NCBI GenBank assembly: GCA_951406725.2
Contig: OX597815.1
Location: 150,102,001 to 150,166,000, forward strand
From: Octopus vulgaris
Lineage: Eukaryota
DNA: 64,000 bases
Direction of reading: 5' to 3'
Shown here: in pieces, positions 41,129 through 51,610 of the stretch
Position numbering within the stretch: position 1 is the stretch's first letter
How the letters are laid out: each line of letters starts with the position of its first letter
Translations under genes and position numbers: made by a program
The notes under the pieces: generated by a model
Databases searched by the model: none
Told to the model about the DNA's origin: nothing
What the model saw: only the letters and a program-made list of their open reading frames with translations

Positions 41129-42507
41129 TTATATCAGTGGTTCGGTTTTTTCTTCTTCTTCCTTCTCTTTTTCTGGGCCTCGTGGGGGAGTCTGACGTAG
41201 GCCCTCGAATATATGTGGAGATGTTACATCCAACCTAAGTGGGCCTACGTCATGGAAGAATTCTGACTTTATCCGCCCGTAATCCTTCCGGTCTATTTTG
41301 TAAAATTCCAAAGTCATTTTTTTTCTCTACTTTCTTCACATTGGCCATGGCTGCCAACACGTTTCCGAGTCTGCTATTTGATGCTTTTACGGCCATATAT
41401 GAGTTCATTGACTCTTTTTTCTTTTTTAAAATTACTCTGGGAGGGGTGGTTTCCGTTTTTCTTTTTTTTTTCCGATAATTTTTGCCCACCCCTCCCTATT
41501 TATCTTTTCTTCGCTCTTTTTTTCCTCCGCCGCTGGTTCTGCTGTTACCATCACCTCCACACCTTCAGTCTTCCCATCTGGGCCGTCTGACGCTGCTTCT
41601 GGTGACACATTGTCTTCTTTTCCTTTTGGCTTAGGTGCTTCCTGCGGTTTGGGTTGGGGCTGGCATTCCGCCCTTACATGCCCCTTCTTACCGCAGCCGA
41701 AGCACCTCGGCTTTCTGCCCTCTACGAAGACTGTGACTCTTTCATCTTCGCTTATCCTAAGAGTCTCTGGGATCTCTTCCAGGGTTTGTACTTCTGCTTG
41801 TATGGCTATTATTATCTTTTGCCCTTTCCAGAATTCTTCTTCTTCTACGGTGGCCTGGAGGATGTTTATTTTTTCCTCCAGGCCTACCATAACTGCTGCC
41901 ACTAGGACTTCGGCATCCGCTTCTGGCGGGATGTTGTTCATAGTGATTTTGGAAGTTCTCTTGCCTTTATACAGGGGTAGGAGAACAATATCCTCCGCTT
42001 TTATGGGTTCCATGGATAGCTTCTTCGCTACCTCCTCTGACGTGAATCTCACCTCCACTGTGCCGTATTTCTTCCCTCGATTGATATACGTAATTTTATC
42101 CATTATTGGCTTTAAGCAGTTTTCAATCTTTTTCTCCTCTATTTTTTGGATTGCTCTGTTTGTTATACTGAATGTCTTATAGATTATTCTCCTATTCGAA
42201 ATATCCTCCTGTATTTGGGCGTTTGAAGCCACGGTTACTTCCGTGCCCTCTTTTGACACACAGTCCGCATGTTTTCCCAGGTTGTCCACGTTAATTTTTT
42301 TAATTTTCTTCCCAGCCACTTCAGCGAATTTTTTTGCTGGAGTTGATGCTGGTACTGGTTTTACCATTTTCTTGGGCGACGCCGCCTCTTTTTCTTCGGC
42401 GACAGCGCCTCTTTTTTTCTTGGCGACAACGCCTCTTTTTTACTTGGCGACAACGCCGGGTATTCATCCTCGCTCGTCACGGGCGAATAAGTGATGGGGG
42501 ACTCCAT
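41129..42507 (-). CDS. Tx1 ORF1 nucleic-acid-binding protein (RRM-like region + CX2CX4HX4C knuckle), with homopolymer frameshifts
   Basis: VFVEGRKPRCFGCGKKGHVRAEC. The likely start is MESPITYSP at 42507. Frame changes fall in A-runs at ~42390, ~41465 and ~41320. Confidence 0.85.
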
Positions 42508-42739
42508 TTTGAACAAATGGCTTTAACAAGCCTTTGGTAATCTAAATTGATTGTAGTTTTCCCCCACTGAGGGGGGAACACCAACGCGAAGTCTTCGCGC
42601 GAAGGTTGACTTCGTCCGTTAGACAACAATGGACAAAAAAAGGTAGACCAACAGTATATAATAACAGAGATAAGTAGTATGAGAGCAAAAATATATATCA
42701 ACTTACTAATAACGCAAAAAATTGATTTCCGCCATGTGA

Positions 42740-44504
42740 TTTTATTACTACCCACAAGGGGCGAACATAGAGGGGACAATACAATCGGGGAACTTAAAAT
42801 AAGAAAGCGAAATGACAAGAAAAGGAAAAAATAAAAGTAAAAATGACAAATGAAAGAATATTTACAATGAGATGCAAATGCCCACTCGATCCCCGGAATC
42901 GAGAGGTTACATTTTCGTCACATATAGTTCACAATTTTTTTTTCCTTTTTCTCTTCTTTCTTCTCTCTCTCTCACAGTCTCAAACGTATTCCATGATAGT
43001 TTTCAATTCTCTAAAGTCTATCACTGAGCCCTCAGGCAGCCGCTCTTCATTCGAACACTCGTGTAGAAAAATTACACTCTCTCCGGCTGCTCTGAGGAAC
43101 TCAGCGACTCTTTCTTCGGGGATTAGAGCAGTCTCCTGCCACCGATCAGTCATCCTGTTGACCCACACATGTCCCTCCGTACTACATGTCAATTCCCTCA
43201 TTTCGGGGCTGAAATGGAAGGTTATTAACTTGTAGTAATCCTGCTTCCGTCCCACGCTCTCTCTCGTTTCTCCTTTCGGGCTCACCTCTTCCTTGCTCTC
43301 CTCCCTTTGCTTCTCTCTTTCTCTCCCTTTGCCCTCCTTTCCTTCTCCTTCCTTCTCTTGTCCTTTTGGTTCCTTGTCTGTTCTCTCCCTCTCTCGTGTT
43401 TTATGTTCCTCTTCCTTTTCCTCTTGTGTGCCGTCCCTTCTTTTCGTTTGATTCCGATCTCTCTCTTGTTTTTTTCCTGTTGTTTCCCTTTCCTTTTTCC
43501 TTTCCTGACTCTGCCTTGGTTCCACTTCTTTCCCTTCCCTTATTTCTTCTTCCTTCATTGACTTATTATTTCCCTTCTCTTGTTGTTTTGTCTCCCTTTC
43601 CATGCTTTCCCCTTCATCTACCGTATTCTTCTTTTCGAGTTCCTGCTCGCACTCCGCTACGAATTCGTATAACGGGCACTCTTTTTTAATGTGCCCCCTT
43701 GTCCCGCACAAGTAGCAGTTTGGCTTTCTTCCCTCTACAATTACACTGAGGGTTTTCTCATCTTCGATTTCTATTCTATAGGGGAACCTTTCAATGTCCT
43801 CTTTTGTGGCCATCAAACACAGTTCTACCCCATATCCTCTCCAGTTTATCACGTTGGACTCCTTAAAGGATTCCACCTCCACTTCCTCTTCTGCTGCTCC
43901 TAGAATAGCTGTTGCCAGCCATTCTGTTTTTACTTCTGGGGGTATATTCGGGATTTTAACCCGGACCCCTCTTCTTCCCTTGTATGAGGGCCACATTATA
44001 AATGTTTCCGCTCTTAGAACAGTGGTAGCCAGTGAGGCTGCAATTTCTTCCGTTGCATATCTCACCTCCACCGTACCAAATTTTTTCCTCTACTCACGTA
44101 GGTCGATTTATCCATTATGTCTCCCAGACATTTTTCGATCTCTGCTATCTCCACTCTTGCCAGTTTCTTTGTACTTTTGTCTGGGTTCTATATGTTACAG
44201 TCTTGTTTTCTTTGTCCTCTTTTGCTTTCGCGGGGATTAGCTTCACGCTATCACCCTCCCTTTTGAATAGCTTTTCATATTCTTTGAGTTTACTCTTCTC
44301 AAAGAAAACATCCTTCACGATTATTGCCGAATCATTATTATTCTTTCCCGTGACCCCCGCGTAAGTCGCCATGACTAGAGGGTCAATTCACCTTCTTCGG
44401 AAGGTTTCCACACGTGGAGGCAAACGCCTCGCGCGATATTAATCACTTTACACAACAAAATTTCAACGTCTAATCACAGATAACAACACGTATAGCTTGG
44501 AGCC
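42740..44504 (-). mobile_element. ORF1-only unit, family A
   Basis: Has its own 5' UTR, a single ORF1-like gene and the LINE-type tail at 42741-42780. No ORF2 sequence. Confidence 0.85.
42980..44372 (-). CDS. ORF1-like zinc-knuckle protein, family A (two frameshifts in A-runs near 44085 and 44175)
   Basis: MATYAGVT..IEKCLGDIMDKSTYVSRGKKFGTVEVRY..VIVEGRKPNCYLCGTRGHIKKEC, then an E/K/R-rich linker. Confidence 0.8.
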
Positions 44505-44510
44505 ATGTGA

Positions 44511-46239
44511 TTTCTTTATTACCCACTAAGGGGCTACGAAGAATGGCGGACATAACAAAACATGGGGACATAGAACATTATAATTAAACTTTATGAACAT
44601 GAATTGTTAAACGAAAAAAATGATAAAATGAAAGCGATACCAACGGCCCCGTCCGTCAGCATCACTTACCTGTCCTTTGTTTTTCATAGTCACTTGAATG
44701 TTCTTTGTCAATACGAATAAATTCCATATCCATTCTTACTCCGAAATACTCATCCATATTTTCCACGAATTCATCGCTCATTCTTATATCTTTCACCTCC
44801 CAATTCTCCCTTTCACACCTCCCCATAAACTCACCTATGTTCTTCTTTTCAATCACAGCATACCTAGTCTCTCCAACATCATACCATTTATACTCTTCCA
44901 TTAGACTTTTAACTTCTTTCTGTTCAGTCATAGTACAAATGTACGGCCTGGGTTCGATTTCAATCTCTTGTGTGTGTGTATTCTTTTTTTTCTTTTGTTT
45001 TCTTGTTGGGGGGGAGCGGGTGGGTTCAATGTCTGCATGGATAGGGTGGGACTCAGAGGGTGTGGGTGGTTTTGGGGTAGATTGGAGTTCCATATTATTT
45101 TCTTTTTTTCCACGTATTCTTCTCTTCCTCTTACTTCCAGCTTCCTTCCATTTCTGTGTATTCTCTTCCTCTGTTTCCTTCTCCTCTGGTTCGGAATCCA
45201 TTTCTTTCCCTGGGGGAGGGCAGAAGGCTCTTATGTGACCCCTCAGGCCACACTTGTAACAACGTGGAGCCCTGCCCTCCACCCACACTCTCATGATCAC
45301 TTCTCCCAGTCTGATGCTTTCCGTCAGGTCCACCAGTACCTCGGTCTCTGCCTGTACGTTCAGCTCCACTGTTACGCCTCTCCAGCCCTCGGACTTAACC
45401 GAGGCATGGAGAATATCCACTTCGTCCTCGTGGCCGCTGATCACAGCCGCCACAATCCATTCTGCCTCCACGTTTGGTGGCACTCCCTCCACCCTTATTC
45501 GTGTAATCCTCCTGTTTAAATACGTAGGTAACAGTGTTACCTTTTCCGACTTCACCGCCTTCGCTGCCATCTTCCTCGCTGCAGATTCACTTTTAAAGTG
45601 CACAACTACGGTCCCGTACTTGGATCCTCGAGTCAGAAAATTTATTTCCTCCTCAGTTCTTCGCAGGGCTTCCTCTATCCATTCCATGGTTACAACTTCT
45701 ACCCTCTTCCTTTCGTTTGCGAACACCCTGTAAACAATGGTCCTCTTATCATACCATTCTTTTCTCCTGGGTGTCGGTGACAGTTCCACCTCACCGCTTT
45801 CCCTTTTCATGTATTTCTGGTAACTTGGCAACTTGGCCATGTCGACCCCTTTCTCTTCCGCCTTCTTGGTTACACCGGCATAGGTATAACCCAGCTTCTG
45901 ATCCATTTTCCTTGCTGCCATTTCTAGCTCCTTCTCAGATGTAGACAAGTCTGATAAAGACTCGAAAACTCCAGCCTTTTCCTCCATCAGCTTCACTGCA
46001 ATTGCCTGTTCCAGTTCCTCATCTGTCGTGGACAAGTCTGTTAGAGACTCATAGTCCATTTCCTTCTGTCTGACAGACCGAAAACGGCCGCCAAAACAGA
46101 AAAAGTGTAACGCGCTGAACGAGCGAAACGCGAAACCGCGTCAACGCCGTTCAGAATTTCCACAACAACAACAACGCTTTTTGTTCTTTTTTACCGAATT
46201 TTCAGGAGCCGAAAAAAAAAACACGGAGCCGAAAAAACC
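44511..46239 (-). mobile_element. ORF1-only unit, family B (copy 1)
   Basis: Tail at 44511, a single ORF, and 5' end GGTTTTTTCGGCTCC. Confidence 0.88.
44662..46059 (-). CDS. ORF1-like zinc-knuckle protein, family B, intact 465 aa
   Basis: TYAGVTKK, RGSKYGTV, LLPTYLNRR, VWVEGRAPRCYKCGLRGHIRAFC. Confidence 0.88.
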   Translation of the reverse strand: MDYESLTDLSTTDEELEQAIAVKLMEEKAGVFESLSDLSTSEKELEMAARKMDQKLGYTYAGVTKKAEEKGVDMAKLPSYQKYMKRESGEVELSPTPRRKEWYDKRTIVYRVFANERKRVEVVTMEWIEEALRRTEEEINFLTRGSKYGTVVVHFKSESAARKMAAKAVKSEKVTLLPTYLNRRITRIRVEGVPPNVEAEWIVAAVISGHEDEVDILHASVKSEGWRGVTVELNVQAETEVLVDLTESIRLGEVIMRVWVEGRAPRCYKCGLRGHIRAFCPPPGKEMDSEPEEKETEEENTQKWKEAGSKRKRRIRGKKENNMELQSTPKPPTPSESHPIHADIEPTRSPPTRKQKKKKNTHTQEIEIEPRPYICTMTEQKEVKSLMEEYKWYDVGETRYAVIEKKNIGEFMGRCERENWEVKDIRMSDEFVENMDEYFGVRMDMEFIRIDKEHSSDYEKQRTGK

Positions 46240-46245
46240 ACGTGA

Positions 46246-47912
46246 TTTTTTATTACCCACAAGGGGCCAACGAAGAGGGGGACATTACAAGACATGGGGA
46301 CATGGAACATCACAATTACATATATATGAGCAAAATGGAATATGAAAATGATATATGAGAGCGATACCGACGGCCCCATCCGCCAGCATCACTTATCTGT
46401 CCTTCTTCACCCATTTTCAATTAGTATTCCTGTTTCACCTATCACAACATTCGTTTTTCTTTTAGCCCTCTCTATCCATTCATCTTTCATTTCCACTGAC
46501 TTCCAACACACACCCTCTTCCTCTAACCTTGTCGCCAATATACCCGTATCATCACTATCCACAGCCGTGTAGCTCCAATCTTCGTGTTCGTACCACTTGG
46601 TTAACACCAGTTTTTTAACGTTTTGTATGTCTTTCCCTTGTATAACACATAAAAAATGGGTCTTGGGACTTTCTTTGCTCTGTGTGTCTGTTTTTATTTT
46701 TCTTGTAGGCGGGGAGTGGGTGGAATTACTGTTTGCAGGGGAAGGATGGGACTCCAAGGGTATGGGTGGTGTCGGGGTGGGTTGGGGCTTCGCACAGTTT
46801 TTCTTTTCCTTCTTTTTCTCTTTGTTCCCGCTTCTTTCCACTCTTGTTGCATCTCCTCTTCTTCTGTCGTTTCCTTCTCTGTTTGTTTCTGTTTATTTTC
46901 TTCCTCTCCCGAGGCTTCCTCAACGCTTTCCTTTTCTTTTTCCTTTGGTGGGGGAGGGCAGTAGGCTCTTATGTGACCCCTTTGGCCACACTTGTAGCAC
47001 CTGGGCGCCCTACCCTCCACCCACACTCTCATAATAATATTTCCAGTTTTTATGCTGTCCGTAATCCTCTCTATAACATCCGCCTCCGCTTGAATGTTCA
47101 TAACTAGTGTGGCACCTCTCACGCCTTCATACTTCATAATGGCGTGGAGGATGTCCACTTTATCTTCATTTCCTTTTATAACCGCAGCCGTTATTAATTC
47201 GCCCTCTAGGTGTGGAGGTATTCCCTCCACCCTAATTCTAGTTGTCCGCCTATTCAGATACGAGGGTAACAAGTAAATCTTTTCTGTACTCACCACCTTG
47301 GCTGCTACATTCCTGGCTGCTTTTTCGCTTTTAAATTGCACCGTTATCGTTCCGTATTGTAATCCTTTTGTCATGTACACAATTTCCTCTCCCGTCTGCT
47401 TGAGAGCCTCTTCAATTGCTTCCATGTTGATTACTTCCATCTTTCTACCTCCATTCATAAATACTTTATATTTAATGGTTCTACGATGGAACCAGTCTCC
47501 GCGCCCTACTGGATGCAGCAGCTCGACTTCACCGTTCTCGTCCTCCTTCACAAACTCCTGGAGGCCCGCCAACTTAGCCAAGTCTATCTCTCTTTCCGTT
47601 GACTTCTTCGTTACACCTGCGTAGGTGCCTTCCATCTTTTTCACCGCCAACTCCTCCTCAGATGTCGATACTTCCGTCGAAATTTCAGAGTAAATTCTCC
47701 CTTCCATCTCCTCCGCTTGATGGAGGCGGCTCATAGTCGCCTCCGGCCGAGAAACGGCCTCCCGAACCGAAAAAGTGTAACGCGCAGAACCAGTGAGACG
47801 CGAAACCGCATCAACTATGTTCAAAATTTTACAACAACAACCATTCACTTTTTGTTCTTTTTTCTTTTTACCGAATTCCACAGAGAGCAAAAAACACAGA
47901 GCCGAAAAAACC
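46246..47912 (-). mobile_element. ORF1-only unit, family C (copy 1); ORF 47734-46407 with a frameshift at ~46800
   Basis: Near-identical to 47919-49585. Tail at 46246. Confidence 0.88.
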
Positions 47913-47918
47913 ACGTGA

Positions 47919-49585
47919 TTCTTTATTACCCACAAGGGGCCAACGAAGAGGGGGACATTACAAGACATGGGGACATGGAACATCACAATTACATATATAT
48001 GAGCAAAATGGAATATGAAAATGATATATGAGAGTGATACCGACGGCCCCATCCGCCAGCATCACTTATCTGTCCTTCTTCACCCATTTTCAATTAGTAT
48101 TCCTGTTTCACCTATCACAACATTCGTTTTTCTTTTAGCCCTCTCTATCCATTCATCTTTCATTTTCACTGACTTCCAACACACACCCTCTTCCTCAAAC
48201 CTTGTCGTCAATATACCCGTATCCTCACTATCCACAGCCGTGTAGCTCCAATCTTCGTGTTCGTACCACTTGGTTAACACCAGTTTTTTAACGTTTTGTA
48301 TGTCTTTCCCTTGTATAACACATAAAAAATGGGTCTTGGGACTTTCTTTGCTCTGTGTGTCTGTTTTTGTTTTTCTTGTAGGCGGGGAGTGGGTGGAATC
48401 ACTGTTTGCAGGGGAAGGATGGGACTCCAAGGGTATGGGTGGTGTCGGGGTGGGTTGGGGTTTCGCACAGTTTTTCTTTTTCTTTCTCTTTCTCTTTGTT
48501 CCCACTTCTTTCCACTCTTGTTGCATCTCCTCTTCTTCTGTCGTTTCCTTCTCTGTTTGTTTCTGTTTATTTTCTTCCTCTCCTGAGGCTTCCTCAACTC
48601 TTTCCTTTTCTTTTTCCTTTGGTGGGGGAGGGCAGTAGGCTCTTATGTGACCCCTTTGGCCACACTTGTAGCACCTGGGCGCCCTACCCTCCACCCACAC
48701 TCTCATAATAATATTTCCAGTTTTTATGCTGTCCGTAATCCTCTCTATAACATCCGCCTCCGCTTGAATGTTCATAACTAGTGTGGCACCTCTCACGCCT
48801 TCATACTTCATAATGGCGTGGAGGATGTCCACTTTATCTTCATTTCCTTTTATAACCGCAGCCGTTATTAATTCGCCCTCTAGGTGTGGAGGTATTCCCT
48901 CCACCCCAATTCTAGTTGTCCGCCTATTCAGATACGAGGGTAACAAGTAAATCTTTTCTGTACTCACCACCTTGGCTGCTACATTCCTGGCTGCTTTTTC
49001 GCTTTTAAATTGCACCGTTATCGTTCCGTATTGTAATCCTTTTGTCATGTACACAATTTCCTCTCCTGTCTGCTTGAGAGCCTCTTCAATTGCTTCCATG
49101 TTGATTACTTCCATCTTTCTACCTCCATTCATAAATACTTTATATTTAATGGTTCTACGATGGAACCAGTCTCCGCGCCCTACTGGATGCAGCAGCTCGA
49201 CTTCACCGTTCTCGTCCTCCTTCACAAACTCCTGGAGGCCCGCCAACTTAGCCAAGTCTATCTCTCTTTCCGTTGACTTCTTCGTTACACCTGCGTAGGT
49301 GCCTTCCATCTTTTTCACCGCCAACTCCTCCTCAGATGTCGATACTTCCGTCGAAATTTCAGAGTAAATTCTCCCTTCCATCTCCTCCGCTTGATGGAGG
49401 CGGCTCATAGTCGCCTCCGGCCGAAAACGGCCTCCCGAACCGAAAAAGTGTAACGCGCAGAACCAGTGAGACGCGAAACCGCATCAACTATGTTCAAAAT
49501 TTTACACCAACAACCATTCACTTTTTGTTCTTTTTTCTTTTTACCGAATTTCACAGAGAGCAAAAAACACAGAGCCGAAAAAACC
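47919..49585 (-). mobile_element. ORF1-only unit, family C (copy 2)
   Basis: Tail at 47919 and a single intact ORF. Confidence 0.88.
48080..49408 (-). CDS. ORF1-like zinc-knuckle protein, family C, intact 442 aa
   Basis: TYAGVTKK, KGLQYGTI, LLPSYLNRR, VWVEGRAPRCYKCGQRGHIRAYC. Confidence 0.88.
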   Translation of the reverse strand: MSRLHQAEEMEGRIYSEISTEVSTSEEELAVKKMEGTYAGVTKKSTEREIDLAKLAGLQEFVKEDENGEVELLHPVGRGDWFHRRTIKYKVFMNGGRKMEVINMEAIEEALKQTGEEIVYMTKGLQYGTITVQFKSEKAARNVAAKVVSTEKIYLLPSYLNRRTTRIGVEGIPPHLEGELITAAVIKGNEDKVDILHAIMKYEGVRGATLVMNIQAEADVIERITDSIKTGNIIMRVWVEGRAPRCYKCGQRGHIRAYCPPPPKEKEKERVEEASGEEENKQKQTEKETTEEEEMQQEWKEVGTKRKRKKKKNCAKPQPTPTPPIPLESHPSPANSDSTHSPPTRKTKTDTQSKESPKTHFLCVIQGKDIQNVKKLVLTKWYEHEDWSYTAVDSEDTGILTTRFEEEGVCWKSVKMKDEWIERAKRKTNVVIGETGILIENG

Positions 49586-49591
49586 ACGTGA

Positions 49592-51237
49592 TTCTTTATT
49601 ACCCACAAGGGGCCAACGAAGAGGGGGACATTACAAGACATGGGGACATGGAACATCACAATTACATATATATGAGCAAAATGGAATATGAAAATGATAT
49701 ATGAGAGTGATACCGACGGCCCCATCCGCCAGCATCACTTATCTGTCCTTCTTCACCCATTTCCAATTAGTATTCCTGTTTCACCTATCACAACATTCGT
49801 TTTTCTTTTAGCCCTCTCTATCCATTCATCTTTCATTTCCACTGACTTCCAACACACACCCTCTTCCTCAAACCTTGTCGCCAATATACCCGTATCATCA
49901 CTATCCACAGCCGTGTAGCTCCAATCTTCGTGTTCGTACCACTTGGTTAACACCAGTTTTTTAACGTTTTGTATGTCTTTCCCATGTATAACACATAAAA
50001 AATGGGTCTTGGGACTTTCTTTGCTCTGTGTGTCTGTTTTTATTTTTCTTGTAGGCGAGGAGTGGGTGGAATTACTGTTTGCAGGGGAAGGATGGGACTC
50101 CAAGGGTATGGGTGGTGTCGGGGTGGGTTGGGGCTTCGCACAGTTTTTCTTTTTCCTTCTTTTTCTCTTTGTTCCCGCTTCTTTCCACTCTTGTTGCATC
50201 TCCTCTTCTTCTGTCGTTTCCTTCTCTGTTTGTTTCTGTTTATTTTCTTCCTCTCCCGAGGCTTCCTCAACGCTTTCCTTTTCTTTTTCCTTTGGTGGGG
50301 AGGGCAGTAGGCTCTTATGTGACCCCTTTGGCCACACTTGTAGCACCTGGGCGCCCTACCCTCCACCCACACTCTCATAATAATATTTCCAGTTTTTATG
50401 CTGTCCGTAATCCTCTCTATAACATCCGCCTCCGCTTGAACGTTCATAACTAGTGTGGCACCTCTCACGCCTTCATACTTCATAATGGCGTGGAGGATGT
50501 CCACTTTATCTTCATTTCCTTTTATAACCGCAGCCGTTATTAATTCGCCCTCTAGGTGTGGAGGTATTCCCTCCACCTAATTCTAGTTGTCCGCCTATTC
50601 AGATACGAGGGTAACAAGTAAATCTTTTCTGTACTCACCACCTTGGCTGCTACATTCCTGGCTGCTTTTTCGCTTTTAAATTGCACCGTTATCGTTCCGT
50701 ATTGTAATCCTTTTGTCATGTACACAATTTCCTCTCCTGTCTGCTTGAGAGCCTCTTCAATTGCTTCCATGTTGATTACTTCCATCTTTCTACCTCCATT
50801 CATAAATACTTTATATTTAATGGTTCTACGATGGAACCAGTCTCCGCGCCCTACTGGATGCAGCAGCTCGACTTCACCGTTCTCGTCCTCCTTCACAAAC
50901 TCCTGGAGGCCCGCCAACTTAGCCAAGTCTATCTCTTCCGTTGACTTCTTCGTTACACCTGCGTAGGTGCCTTCCATCTTTTTCACCGCCAACTCCTCCT
51001 CAGATGTCGATACTTCCGTCGAAATTTCAGAGTAAATTCTCCCTTCCATCTCCTCCGCTTGATGGAGGCGGCTCATAGTCGCCTCCGGCCGAGAAACGGC
51101 CTCCCGAACCGAAAAAGTGTAACGCGCAGAACCAGTGAGACGCGAAACCGCATCAACTATGTTCAAAATTTTACAACAACAACCATTCACTTTTTGTTCT
51201 TTTTTCTTTTTACCGAATTTCAGGAGCCGAAAAAACC
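49592..51237 (-). mobile_element. ORF1-only unit, family C (copy 3); ORF 51076-49753 with frameshifts at ~50575 and ~50300
   Basis: Near-identical to C1 and C2, but the 5' tip is B-like. Confidence 0.85.
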
Positions 51238-51240
51238 GTA

Positions 51241-51609
51241 TTTCTTTATTACCCACTAAGGGGCTACGAAGAGCGGCGGACATAACAAAACATGGGGACA
51301 TAGAACATTATAATTAAACTATATGAACATGAAGTGTTAAACGAAAAAATGATAAAATGAAAGCGATACCAACGGCCCCGTCCGTCAGCATCACTTACCT
51401 GTCCTTTGTTTTTCATAGTCACTTGAATGTTCTTTGCCAATACGAATAAATTCCATATCCATTCTTACTCCGAAATACTCATTCATATTTTCCACGAATT
51501 CATCGCTCATTCTTATATCTTTCACCTCCCAATTCTCCCTTTCACACCTCCCCATAAACTCACCTATGTTCTTTTTTTCAATCACAGCATACCTAGTCTC
51601 TCCAACATC
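51241..51609 (-). mobile_element. 5'-truncated family B unit (3' ~370 bp only)
   Basis: B tail plus the ORF C-terminus (..EKKNIGEFMGRCERE..KQRTGK*). Breaks at ~51609 directly into the next tail. Confidence 0.85.
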
Positions 51610-51610
51610 T

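Larger units (their letters stand above)
37481..42733 (-). mobile_element. Full-length L1/Tx1-clade non-LTR retrotransposon (~5.25 kb)
   Basis: 5' UTR, ORF1 with CCHC knuckle, a very short spacer, ORF2 (APE-RT-zinc finger), and a 3' UTR ending GCCCCTTGTGGGTAATAATAAAA. Confidence 0.95.

Noticed and set aside
47735-48052. N-terminal extension MGPSVSLSY.. of the 452-aa ORF (similar cases at 49405-49725 and 51077-51301)
   Set aside because: It runs through the previous unit's 3' UTR and tail and is not kept in frame in other copies. The true start is MSRLHQ.
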